Source: Callorhinchus milii (lineage: Eukaryota). From it: a DNA stretch of 64,000 nucleotides. The stretch is from the NCBI RefSeq assembly GCF_018977255.1, contig NW_024704742.1:130512001-130576000 (forward strand). Reading direction: 5' to 3'. The stretch's first letter is position 1, and every line of letters starts with the position of its first letter. The notes under the pieces were generated by a model, which saw nothing but the letters and a program-made list of their open reading frames with translations, ran no database searches and was not told the origin of the DNA. Made by a program: the position numbers and the translations under genes. Shown here one piece after another: positions 36,201-49,003 of the stretch.

Positions 36201-39200
36201 CCTCTAGTCAGTGCTTCCGTGTGTGCTGTCAACGATCAGATGACTGGCGACATCACTGAGCATACGAGTAGAAGGCGAGCCAGCTCCATCAGCCCATATC
36301 CGGCTTGAAATCGTGCTTCAAACCAAGTCACCATGTTTCAAATCCCTCTGTTGTGCTGATGTGGTTTGAAGCAAGACAACGTGATTTCAGGGCACAATTT
36401 GACCATTTGAATGGTTTCGTGTCCAGGGAAATCTCGTGCACTGGCTTGCAATTCGATTTGGATTTGAATTTAACAGTTTTAATTCTACCTTTTGCATGGT
36501 GTAGAAATAGAGAGGTGGAAAAAGACTGAGAAAGAGACATCAAGAGCCAGTTTGTCAAATCTCTTGGGCATTGGGTTAAGCCCAGCCAAAACTCATTTCA
36601 TGTAGACTCTTTACGCCTTGTAGAAGAGAGACCGTCTAGATGAATTTGTATCCAAGGCAAAAGGGCAGCACACTAATTCACAGCATTACCCAGCCTCTCA
36701 TTGCCAATTTTGTTATTGCTTTTATATTGCACCATGGATATAGCCTTGGTTCTACTTTCAGTTTTCTAAAGTAAGAGCCCCATTTCATTGCTTGCTCTCG
36801 TCAATGTGAAGATGGGAAATACAAGACTCCACACAAACAGACTGAAACTTAGATGTTTCTTTTCTAGCCTTCCAAATTGTAATGACTATCTTTGCAATCA
36901 TTAAATCACACCAGCTCTTTTGAATCGTATAAATTGGTACCGGCTTTTCAGCAACGCCAAACTTTGTTTTTAGCTTCAATTAGTGCCTTTCTAATGAGGC
37001 TTTGGATCAGCTAATTTTATACTGCAATCTCTGCAGCTATAAGATCACCTCTTCAAAAAAAAAAGCACCAAATGTTCCCCAGCACAACTATCCTGCTTAA
37101 TCAGACGTTTATCACCTGGTAAAGATAGTTGAGAAAAGTACAATAAAAGGCCTCACGTATACTGAAAAATTATTCGGATCAAATCAAAATCAAATTATTG
37201 AAGTAATTTCTTTGTATTTTAAACCTTTTTGGTTTCTTTTGAGTTTTTACAGTTAAATTGTAAGCTATCATGAACTCCACTACAGAAATCTCAGTCTGGC
37301 CTTCACAGTATCTGCTAGTTTGGTGATAGCAAGTGATGAGTAGAGCATCCATCAACTCGCAAATAAAATTGCAACAATACATTTGAAAACTGTTTTACTT
37401 TGAGGATTAGTTTCAAGAAATTTAAACTACATGGTCAGCCTGGCTGAGTGGTAGCAATCTTGCTTTTAAGTCTAAAGATTGCGGGTTGAATTCTCATGTC
37501 AGGACTTTGAACTTATATAATCTCAACTGACACCCCAATGCAGTGCTGGGGGAGTGCTGCATTGTTGGACGCACCAGCCTTCAGATGAAACATTAATTCA
37601 AGGACCATCTGCCTGTCTAGATGGACGTTAAAAATCTCATGGCACTATTCAAAAAGAGAATGGAGTTTCTCCCAACGTCCTGGCCAACAATCACTCAAAT
37701 AAAATTGGTCATTCACTCCATGGCTGTTGGTGGGACATTGCTGTACATGAATTAGTTGCCAGGTTCGCCCACAAAACACACAGCCACATCACTTTACAGT
37801 ATATCCTATAAAGTGCGTTGTGACACCTCGACTCCATGACCCCATCTCCCTCATTCTCGCCCGACTCTATTGGCTCCCTATCCTTCAGAGGATCCAGTTC
37901 AAGATCCTGGGCCTCACCTACAAAGCCCTCAATGGCCTCGCCCCACCCTACCTCTGTGACCTCCTAACCCTCTACCAACCCGCCCGCTCCCTCCATTCAA
38001 CCGGCTCCGGCCTGCTCCACGTCCCCCGCCCCACCCGCCCTACCACTGGCGGGAGAGCCTTCAGTCACTTTGCCCCCAACCTCTGGAAATCCACTCCTAA
38101 TCACTCCACCTCGCCCCCTCCTTCAAGTCCTGCCTCAAAACCCCCTTTTTAGACCATACCATTGGTCACCCCCCTCACCTCGCGCCCCTGACCCCACTGA
38201 ACAGCGCCTTGGGACGTCCTTATGACGTGAAAGGCGCTATACCAATGTAATCTTGTTGTTGACAAAATCATTTCACTTAATTGTGTTACATAGAGTTGCT
38301 TCACTTTTAATGAGCTTCAAAGGATATACTGTAGACTGAATTGACTATATTTTGAGGGAGAAATGCAGCAGACAATTGCACATAGCAGTGCCCTACAAAC
38401 AGTTGTGGATTGGGTGACTTGAATATATTTGGAGAGCCAGTCAAGAACCTTTCAAGCTCCTGGACAGGATACAAGAAACTTTATGTCTTGTCTTCTGATA
38501 AACGATCCTTCCCTCACCTCTAGCCTTCATCCTCTCTTAACTTTTAACATAATCTTTCTACATTTTATCATTACAGTATTATTAATGCTCTTTTGAGAAG
38601 GAGTTTAGTGGTGGCTTGAAACATTTGCCAACTGAAAACCTTGAGTGCATATAAGATTTATACTGTATGTGGGTTAAATGGAGCCCTGAATTGATTAACA
38701 TAGTTGTACATTACAGTATAATGTCCTGCACATAGAACTCTAGAAAGAATAAACATTCAGAGCACAAAGCCAAAAATGGTGAAAGAGTTCCTTTGCATGC
38801 ATAGTTCCTGTATGACGATCAAAGGCAAAATTATCAAAGAATTTGAGACAAATAATAAAAGCAGAAAATGGTCAAATGGCAGCTCAAACAGCATCAAAAA
38901 CAGAAAGATGGGTTAATGATTCATCAGAACTGAAAGTCTGCTGGAAGCCTTCTGGGCGATAAAGTGAAACCAAAACATGAGGAAGTTTTGAAAAAAACAA
39001 ATTACTAACTGTATTCACAAAGTAGTTATTGGTCATCAACAGATTGTGAAATGTTGGAAAAGGTTAAGATGGTAAGGGGCAAGACTATCACGAGCGCGAA
39101 AGGGAAGCAAAATATTAGGTCAGAGATGCCAAAAGTATACTAAAGAATTTCTAATCATAAAAAGCAAAAGAATACAGCAGTTAAAAAGATAGGGCCAATT

Positions 39201-42200
39201 AGAGACAAAAAGAGCAATAATACTTGCAATTTGATATAGCACCTTATCATATTGTTGAGACATCTCAAAGTGCGTCACAGGATATACTGTAAAGGGAACT
39301 GACTGAGTATTTTGTGAGCAAAATCCAGTTGTGGGAAATGAAGGTATATATAGCACAAGCACTGAATAAATATTTTGCTTCAGTTCCCACAGAAGAGTGT
39401 GATAGTAAGTGTACAAGGAGCTACAGCAATTGGGGCCAACTATAGAAAAGGAAGTAGTCCTAAAATATTGATGGAACTTAAGTGGACAAACTACCAGTGT
39501 CAGACAGTGAGCATCCAAGAATTCTGAACAAGTCAGGAAGATGCAATCTTTAGAACAATACAATCTTTAGATCATCCTTATAAACAAAAGCTGGGCCAGA
39601 GGTTGGAGGGTTACCAACTTAACATATCTGATCCAAAACAAAGTAATAAGTCAATTTGTTAAAGACCAATCAGCCTAACATTCATGGCGGACAAACTTTT
39701 AGAGGCCATAGTATGAGATTAGTAATCACTTAGAAAGACATGGGCTGATTAAAGGACAGTCAGCGTCGATTTGTTAAAGGTGGATGTTACATGACAAATC
39801 TAATACGGTCTTTTGATGAAATAACAGAATAGATAGATATGATGTAGACGTTGGGTAACAGGATTTTCAGAAGGTTTTTGATAAAGTGTTGTATAAAAAG
39901 CTTGTTAAAAATATTGAGGCAGACAGTACTAATGGAGAGGTGGCAGCAAGGATAGAAAGTTGGTTAAAGAAGAAGAAACAGAGAGTGGGAGTACATCGCA
40001 GTTTTACAGAAATAAGAGTTGTAAGGTGTGTGTGTCCCCACCCCGAGATTACAATTTTCCGGATTCTGGTATAAGGGCACAATTTCAAATATTTGTTGAT
40101 GATATAATAATAAGGAGCTTAGCAACAGTGAAGATGATTGTAAGCAACTGCAGCACGATATAGACAATTAGATTGGACAGCGAGATGGCAGGTGAAATTT
40201 AATGCAGAATAGTGAATTTATAAATTTTGGGAGAAAGAATAGGGCAAGTTTATGCAGTTGTTGTAAATGGTAACATGTTAAATGGTGTAGCGGAGTTAAT
40301 ATACAAATTGTTTAAAGAAAGACAGATGAACAAAGCTGTGAAGAAAACTGTTGGGATCTTAGCTTTTATACAGATATTTACTAGAATGAGTAGTTTGACA
40401 AATGAACAGAAATGAGAAGAACTAAGCTGTTTTACATTGGAATAGAGAAGGTTGACAGGAGACCTGATAGCTGCCTTTAAAATTATACAGATAGGGTTGA
40501 TAAGAGTAGAGAAATAGACATAAGGTAATAGGGAGATAAAAAGATTACAGCGAGAAATTATTTACAAATTATTATTTGAAATTATTTCAGTGACTAAAGG
40601 GCATCATTTTAAAATAGGATTATCTGAGATAAGGAAAAAAGATCTAGAAGGGGGATGGGTCGGAGGTGGGCTAGATTACAAACAGCAACAAGCATTTACA
40701 TAGAGCCCTTCACGCCGGACGGAGTCTCGGGAGTGCTTAAGGTGTGGAGAGGAACACTCTTCTTCTATGCCTCCACCTTGCACCTTTCTTCCCCATTTTC
40801 AGGTCGTGCCCGAGGACCTTCCTATTTCGACCGTGCCTACTGTCACCTCCCCTTAGCTCAGAGTCATGCTCCCCCACTGTCAAGCGCTTTGGGAACACTA
40901 CTCTGCGTGAGGGGCACTATGTAAATGCAAGTTGGTGTTGTTGAGTGGATGGAAATGTGAAGGGGGAAGATCAGAATATTTGTGCAGAGATGTTAAGATA
41001 TGGAATGCCCTTCTGGGTGGAGTTGTTGAGGCAGGATCTATATTAGCTTTCAAGACAAAACCTGATAGATATCACAAAGGAATAACCTGCAGGAATATGA
41101 GGAAAAAGGCTTAAATGGCTTGCTCTTTCAAAGAGTCAACAAAGACACAAATGCCAAATGACCGTCTTCTGTGCTGTAAATGTCCATGGTTCAATGACAA
41201 CAGTAAGAATGTGAAATGCCAGCACAACTCTGTAAAATGTTTTCTGGGAGAGACGAGGTAATGGTTAAATTTAGGGAAAAAACAGAAAAATAAAGGTTGC
41301 TAAAAGTTTGTAACAGTAAATCCACAGCGGTCAATTCAGTATCCAAAAGAAAATAACTCCAAAGTTTCTGGACTTTAACTTATTTTACTACATAATAATA
41401 TATCTATGCAGCTGAAGATGTAAACCAATGTTGCGGCATGTCAGCTAAAGAATTTAAAAAAAGATGCTGAGGCACAGGTTCAGTGTTGCGAATTTTAAGA
41501 TATTAACAAGCATTACTTCACTTCATTATGAACAGGTTATTGGGAAGGGCAGTAGGAGACTTGACTCATTTGTGAAACATCTCAATACAGTAATGACAAT
41601 AACAAGATTACATTTGTATGAGGCCTTACATGTCGGGAGGACGTCCCAAGGCACTGGACAGTGTACAGCATTTCAGACCCGAGCTGGGGTCAGGGAGGGA
41701 GAAGGGAGGTGACTGATGGCATGATTTGAGACAGGACTTGAAGGAGGTTAAGGAGGGGGCGAGGCGGAGTGATTGGGGGAATGGAATTCCAGAGGTTGGG
41801 GGCAGAGTAGCTGAAGACTCTCCCGCCAATGGTGGGGTGGGTGGGTCAGGGAACGTGGAGCAGGCCAGAGCCGCTGAGTGGAGGTTGGTAGGGCATTAGG
41901 AGGTCGCAGAGGTAGGGTGGGGTGAGGCCATTGAGGGCTTTGTAGGTGAGGACCAGGATCTTGAATTGGATCCTCTGAAGGATAGGGAGCCGATGGAGTC
42001 GGGCGAGAATGGGGGAGATGGGGTCACGGAGATTGGTGCGGGAGAGGACACGGGCTGCAGAGTTCTGGATTATCTGCAGCCTGTGGAGGGAGGAGTTGGG
42101 TAATAACATTTGATATCGGGTCTTATGGAATGGATGATGAAATGATGAGATCAAATAGTCCAAAGGGCATTCTTCACTTCGCTATTCTGGCCTTTGTGGA

Positions 42201-45200
42201 GCTTTACTGGAGCTGCATAAAAGGCTCATGATAGAAAGAGTGGGAGGTGGAAATTGAAATGATTAGCAATGGAGATAAAGATCACATCATTGGTGGCTCA
42301 GCTCTCTTCTTGATCTCACTGAATTTCTCCAATGGAAAAAACAGTGAATGTGTTGAAAGAATGAGAGTGTCAAGAAAGAATGGTCAAGACCAGACGTCAT
42401 CAATGGTCTTCTTGATAACGATGCGAGAAAGCCTTCTGAGCCCTCATTTCCTCCTTCTGCACTGATAACCGTCAACTGCAACGGAGACTTGCAAATGGTC
42501 TCAATTATCCAATTTTACTTAACCTAATAATAATCCTTACATTTGATATAGCGCTCTTTGCGTCAGAAGGATGTCGGAACACATCAGTACAGTGGGGTGA
42601 TTGTATTTTCTCGGTGAATGCTCACTGTGGGCTTACTGGGGGCTTACAAAAGCTGCTGATGCTCACAGATCGGGACCATATCTGTACCAACCAAGTGAGA
42701 AGATCTATCGTCCAGTGACCCATCTGCCCCGCCATGCCTTGTCGAGGAGCCAGGCTGGCTGGTTTATTGTCAGCTATAGAGCCAGGCCACCAAATCTGCC
42801 AGAGGGCTGTCTCAATTCCGACATTCCATTGCTTAGCACAGGAGTGTGGAGCTCCAACTCAGCTCCAACTCTTCCCTCCCACCCCCCAACCCCTCTCACC
42901 CATGGGGATAATCACAAGTTGGTCATTTGAGATTTGATGGATAGCAGCTCATAAACCAAATAATTTCCAGCAGCCAAAATCATGAGCAATTCAATAGAAC
43001 AAAAAAAATCACACCACACATTTGTACTGTCAGTTAAGATGCATACTTAGTACAACCCTGGAAATAGACAACTCATGGTCTCTGTAAGAATGATGAATTA
43101 GGGAAGGAGGAATGGAAACATATTTCAAGAAACTAACACAAATATTGATTTGTGCAGCAAAACAATATTGTAATACTTCAAATGTTTTTGAGTATGAGAA
43201 AAAACTAGCATTGAAATTTGAAGCTTTAATGTAGCATAAAATAATTATTCTTAACATGGTTCCCTTATGTTTAACTTTGGGAAAACATTGTGACGCAATG
43301 CATCAAACCATGGGAGATCCTGATCATTACTGAAACAAAACTCATAAGCAAAGTCAAATGGTTCTTGTGCAAAGACATGATTTTAAGAGGCAACTAAACT
43401 ACAAACGTTAGTCCAATTACTTTGGTATGAACATTGTGGTGCACAAATAGTGCTAGGAGCTCCTGCTGGTAAATCGAAGCATGTTATCGGCCTGACTCAG
43501 CAAGCTCACTTCTGAGTCAGAAGGCTGAAAGAGTTCAAGTCCCACTTTGGGATTTTGAGCTCACAGAGGAGGCTAACACTCTATTGCAATGCTGAAAAAG
43601 TGTTAGATTGTTTGAGGTGCTTTGGAGGAGACATTACACCAAGGCCTGTCCATCTGCTCACATGGATGTTAAAGATCACATTCGAAAACTATCCCCCAAA
43701 TCAAATTGGTCATTCATTTCATGGCTGTTCGTGTGACACTGCCATATGCAAATTGTCTGCTGCATTCGCCTACAAAATATACTTTACAGTAAAATCCTGT
43801 GAAGCTCTTCGAAACATCCTCCCAACCAGAAGAGCGCTATAATCAAATGCAAGACATACTGTAATATAATTATGTATGCCAACCTTTCACTAAGCAGTAA
43901 AGGAGATAGGTTGGTCTGAAAGAACTCAGGCAGATTCTGTTACAATTTCTTCAAAAAAGAATGTATCATTAGGGATAGTCATGGATAGTGGGTAAAGGCT
44001 ACAAAGATTAGAAGGCTGCAGGTTTGCTTTTCCAGGGTAATAATCCCTTAAAAAACAATTGGGTCACTCAATCCATGACTGTTTGTGGGACACTGCTGTG
44101 CATAATTGGCTGCTGTACTTCGCCACAAAATATACAGTAAATTCACTTTTCAGTATTTTCTGTAAAGTGCTTTGAGATGTCTCAAAACATGATAAGGCAC
44201 TCTATCAAAGCAATGATTATTACATTATTATTATTTGAGTCAGGCAGCAGTTGGGACTCAATGTCACCGGTTACAGAGGGTAAAATCAGCAAGGGTTTCA
44301 ACAACAACTTGCATTTATACAGTGCCCTTCATACAGGTTAGTGTTCCAGAGTGTTTCCTCTGCTGATCATTATTCACATTCCTCCTAGCATTGGGCAATT
44401 ATGTGACACAATCTCCCACTGTCAAAGATCACACATGAATCAGGTTTTGACAGGCTAGATAAGGAAAAGCTGTTTCCGCTGGTAGGTGTGGCTGTGACCT
44501 GTGGTCACAGTCTGAAGATATCTACCAAAAGAAGCAGAGGGGAGGTTAGAAGAAATGTTTTCACTCAGCGAGTTGTTCGAATTTGGAATGATCTGCCCGA
44601 AAGGGTAGTGAAGTCCGATTCGATAACAGCTTTTAAGAGAGAAATGGATAGGTATCTGGGGAAGACGGGTTTGCAGGGTTATGGGGAGAACGTTGGTGAT
44701 CGAGGTTAGTGAAAGTGACTTGCTCTGTCAAAGAGCCGGCACAGACTTGATGGGCTGAATGGTCTCCTTCTGTGCCGTAACATTCTATGAATCTATGAAT
44801 AATGGTCACTTGGGCGAAGCACCTGAAGACACCATATTGGTATCACAATAAAATACAAAAGAGCCTGGTGCCTTCAGCAGAGGAGTGGTCGGATATTTGC
44901 TGAGACACATAGAACAAAATACTCTTATTTTTTTGAGGGTGTGTTATTAAATATCCAACCTTGATTATTAACAGTCAGAATCTGCAATTAGGAATCAATA
45001 CAAGTTCATTCGAAAACTGCTTCTTACCACTGTCGCCGATTTGTGAGATGAGGACTCTCTTCCAGGTCTCGACAGAACTGGTGAAGCATTTGTCCTGGAA
45101 GATGACGGGTGTGTGGTGAGGTCAAAGCTTGAGGAGGACCTCATGGATGCAACAGTGGAATGATGACCATTCAAACCACTGACTTTGTACTGGTCACCGT

Positions 45201-48200
45201 TCTTCACAGAACTAAACAAGGTGCCATTGGGGAGGCTTGTGCTGTGAAAAGTGCCCGTGAGCTTAGCAGTCTTCAGGTCACTCTCGTCAGATTCCAATTT
45301 GGGAAAGGATAGAGATTTGATATTGCTGACAGCTGAAGAAGGTGGAAGAGATACTTTGGCAGAAAGGGGCACTTTTTCACAGTTCTCCAACTGTGGTAAA
45401 TTTATGAGGCCATTTGGCTTGTGAAGAGCTTTGAAGTCTGAGGTAACCTCCTCTGTGGAGACATGCACTTCAGGGCCTGGTAATGTGTCTGCGAGTCCCA
45501 CGACTTGTATTTCCAGTCCATTATCCGGCTGTGAATTAATCACTTGTCGTGAACTGGCCTGAACCTCAAGAATATTTTTAAGTTCCTCTTTATCGTTTAG
45601 TGTTTTCAGCTCCAGTTTATCAAAAGGATCTTCCTCACTTTCAAAGTCTGCAAGGTTAAATGTAGTTGCATTCGGGGGACTTGGGTCTTTTTGCTTTACA
45701 GCATTGCTGTTTGCTGGCATTGGGGTTAGAATGTTGTTGTGCCTTAGACTGGCAAGTATGGGGTTCATCGGTGGTGGAAATGCTCTAGAAAGTGGTCCAT
45801 CCGTGTACTGAATTCCACTACTGTTCTCTGACAGTGTCTCACCTTTTGCAGTCATTGCAGATGCCTCTTTGCTTAGATTGGCTGCCTCTTGTTCAGCTTT
45901 GATTCGTTTAATTTCTTCAGCCCATTTGTTTGTTTTTTTCTCTAAGGAGAAATTGTACTATATAAAAAAAGGAAGAAAATATATTAGTGTGGAAATACTT
46001 CACTAAAATCATGCAACAATAGTAGGCAAAAAACACAAGAGCACTCCATTATCCAACTTTATTTTTTAAAAACCTATAAAGCCACCAACTTCCAATGTAA
46101 GAATAGTTTGAAAAACACTTTTGTACAAACAGGAAGTCATATTTCAGACAATGACATATTTGGGGGAATTTTTCATTTCATGACGGTTAGAGACCTGAGC
46201 GAGAGACCGAGTTCAATTCCAGGCAGGGCGAAATCTTGGGCAAGTTTCCCTACTCCACACGCCTAATAATAATTCCTCCAAAAAACAAAATAATAAATTG
46301 GTCATTTTCAATCCACGACTGTTTGTGGGACATTGCAGTGCGCAATTGGCTGCCGCGTTCGCCCACAAATATACAGTCAATTCACTTTACAGTGTGTTCT
46401 GTGAAGCGCTTTGGGACGTCCTCCCGACATGAAAAGCGCTATATCAAATGCAAGGATAATTATTATTATTATTTCAAAACATCCTGAGTCTTCCCATCAT
46501 GGAAAGTTACAATTCCAAATTGATGTACTCTTTAAATATTTAGCCTGGCTCAGCTGGTGTTTCAGTTAGTAGCATTCTTGTCTTGAGTCAGAAGGTTGTG
46601 GACTCAAGTCCCTCAGCAGGACTTGAAACACATATAAGCTCATACTCCAGTATAGTGCTGGGGGTGTGATGTATTATCGGATGTGCAATCCTTCAGATGT
46701 GACCTAAACTGTTTAGATGGATGTTAAAGTTCCCATGGCACTCTTAAAAAAGACAAGGGAGTTTTCCTCGGTGTCCTGGCCAATAGTTCCCCATATGAAT
46801 AAAATTGTTAATTCACTTCATGGCTGTTTGTGGGACACTGCTGTGCAAAATTAGCTGTTGTGTTTTCTGACAAACACACAGTCATTGCACTTTACAATCC
46901 TGTGAAGCACTTCAGGATGTTGGGCTGACGCAAAAGGTGCTATAGCAAATTATCATTATCATCTTTATTATTATCGCCAGATATTGGATAGCTGAGCTGA
47001 CCGTCCAATGAGAGGAATTCAGGCTACAAGAACAAAAATTCTGCCAGGTTTAAATTGTTCGGTCACAGTGAAGACAGATTATTTTCCTCAGACCACTATA
47101 AAGTATTACTGGGAATAGTCACTTACTTCACAGGTTAGGCCATATGCACACACAGATTCCCAACTAAAGCACCACTACTTCACTCCACAATAAATACATA
47201 TTTAAAAAATCCAGAGTCAAACCACAGGATGATCCAATAACGTCTGACACCACTTCTAAGAAAAGACCTTCCCAAAGCAGCAGGATAAATAATAATAATC
47301 ATTGCATTTGATATAATAAATAAAATAATCCTTGCATTTGACATCTTTTCACATCTTCTAAATGTCTCAAAACGCTTCACAGAATATGCTGTAAAGTGAA
47401 TTGACTGTATAGTTGTGGGCGAAACCCGGCAGCCAATTGCGCACAGCAGTGTCCCACAAACAGTACTACATCATCCAGCATCCAGAAAGGAAAAGATGGT
47501 GAAAGAAAAATCAATCTTCATAGAAAGTTTACATATACTAAATGAGTATATTGGACAAACATGTGAAATCAGAATTGTTTTATGAAAACATTTTTTACGA
47601 AAAACCTTCATCATCGATGCCACTTTTTCAGAAAACATGAGAAATGGCAACTTCATATGGATTTTAAATGTCAGCAAGCTGGGTGTCTGTAGCATACATC
47701 ACTGCAGATTATCAGATTCATCCTAGACAGAACGATGTTGGTGAGATAGCCACGGTGGTTCACAACAGTACATGACCTAATCCCACTTGATCCATGAACT
47801 ACAATTGGAGTTTTGCTTGTTTGTTATTTCAAAGGCTTAAACAGTCATCTTTAATCTTCAGATTCAAAGATGATCTCATTGGAAGTCATAATTATTCAAT
47901 AAACAAGTTCAAACTAGTTTGAACTGCTCCTCCTACATCCACAGTCCTGGTAAAATACCGATGCAGCTTTTACTAAGATAATTTGAATGTTTTGTAATTC
48001 TCCCACGTTTCTCTCCCATACTCCAACCACCCTGTTTAGCACTGTGAAACAATGCTGTTCTCGTTCAGAAGAAAAAGATGAAGCAGCTTACTCATGTATA
48101 TATTCAATGCAATGGTAACTCAGCAAGAAGCACATTATAGTTTCCTTGAACAATGTAGTAATATCACAAAAGGGATTGATTCCAAGATCCTCTCACTCGT

Positions 48201-49003
48201 CAACAATCCCCTCATGCTCTGGCACCTCCCTACCTTTCTGACCCGCTTTCTCCCCAGTCCACTACCTGCTGCCTACCCTCATCTGGTTCTGGCCTCCTGA
48301 TTGTCCCCCATCTCCTTCACCATCGGTGAATGCACTTTCAGCCATTGTGCCCTGAAGCTTTGGAAATCTCTTGCCCAATCCCTCCGCTTTGTCCCCTCCT
48401 TCCCTTCTTTCAGATCACGACTGAAGATCTTCCTCTTTGACTATACTTACTGTCAATCCTTCCCTGGCTCAGGATCCACCACTGTCCACCTTTCACATGA
48501 AAGGCGCTATATACAAATGTAATGTTGCATTGTATTGTTAAGCACTCCAAAACCTGGATGGCATGAAGGTGCTATATAAATCTAAGTTGTTGATTTTGTT
48601 ACAGTAAAAAGTTATTTCTCTCCTCCACATATTGAGGCACAGTGACGGATGAAGGAAAATATATTCTATATTGTGTTGATGAAATCCTGAAAAAATTGAT
48701 ATTTTGTTATAAGGCTTCTGAACTATATAAGTTGATGCTTTCCTGGTTTCATAAATCACAAAGCAGCAATCCCCATCACTGCCATCCTCTTCATAATGTG
48801 TCAAAAGTGTCTCTCTCAACCACCCCATCCCCAATTTCCCCTTCCCCCACTCAAAGAGAAATTATTCATACTCACATGAGTTTCTTTCAGCAATACAGAA
48901 TAGTCTGGTATACAAAATCCAACAGGAAAGCCCACTTTTGCAGGAATCTTGAATTTATCACCAACCCTAAATGGGACATCATCAAGATAACTGAATGTCC
49001 CTC
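33147..49003 (-). CDS. UBAP1: UBAP1 (ubiquitin-associated protein 1, ESCRT-I subunit); five coding exons visible, first coding exon unresolved
   Basis: Exons 49003-48876, 45957-45028, 35326-35117, 34649-34548, 33287-33147, all GT-AG and in frame. UMA domain, FPKL motif, SOUBA domain ending [10 protein letters not shown]. Confidence 0.95.
34548..34649 (-). CDS. UBAP1: UBAP1 exon (SOUBA domain)
   Basis: [34 protein letters not shown]|gtgagt. Confidence 0.93.
35117..35326 (-). CDS. UBAP1: UBAP1 exon (start of SOUBA domain)
   Basis: ...[35 protein letters not shown]|gtaagg; 210 nt, phase 0-0. Confidence 0.93.
37435..37815 (+). mobile_element. Older Deu-domain SINE (SacSINE1/AmnSINE1-like)
   Basis: tRNA-like head, then gcagtgctgggggagtgctgcattgttgga...atggacgttaaaaatctcatggcactattc...gtcctggccaaca; related copies at about 28040, 43495, 46545 and 52330. 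Confidence 0.7.
37820..38260 (+). mobile_element. L2 3' fragment
   Basis: [32 protein letters not shown]...[13 protein letters not shown] plus tail. Confidence 0.88.
39380..40500 (+). mobile_element. Decayed CR1 LINE RT region
   Basis: [33 protein letters not shown] and [12 protein letters not shown] motifs with stops and indels. Confidence 0.75.
41600..42100 (-). mobile_element. L2 3' fragment
   Basis: [18 protein letters not shown]...[17 protein letters not shown]; tail at 41600. Confidence 0.88.
44445..44800 (+). mobile_element. CR1 LINE 3' end
   Basis: TCGHSLKI...[22 protein letters not shown]...[10 protein letters not shown] followed by (TCTATGAA)n tail. Confidence 0.85.
45028..45957 (-). 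CDS. UBAP1: UBAP1 large central exon (930 nt)
   Basis: [16 protein letters not shown]...[19 protein letters not shown]...[20 protein letters not shown]...[13 protein letters not shown] (HD-PTP-binding FPKL motif); donor gtaaga at 45027. Confidence 0.95.
46185..46950 (+). mobile_element. tRNA-headed SINE (46185-46470) followed by older Deu-domain SINE (46545-46950)
   Basis: B-box gagttcaattcc, Deu-like body and (TTA)n tail; second element matches the 37435 copy. Confidence 0.8.
48876..49003 (-). CDS. UBAP1: UBAP1 exon (UMA domain, first part)
   Basis: [42 protein letters not shown]|gtgagt; human [28 protein letters not shown]. Acceptor tttcag at 49004, phase 1. Confidence 0.94.

Noticed and set aside
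36305..36390. Short inverted repeat (tgcttcaaacca / tggtttgaagca)
   Set aside because: Only about 12 nt perfect; no TSD or second copy seen.
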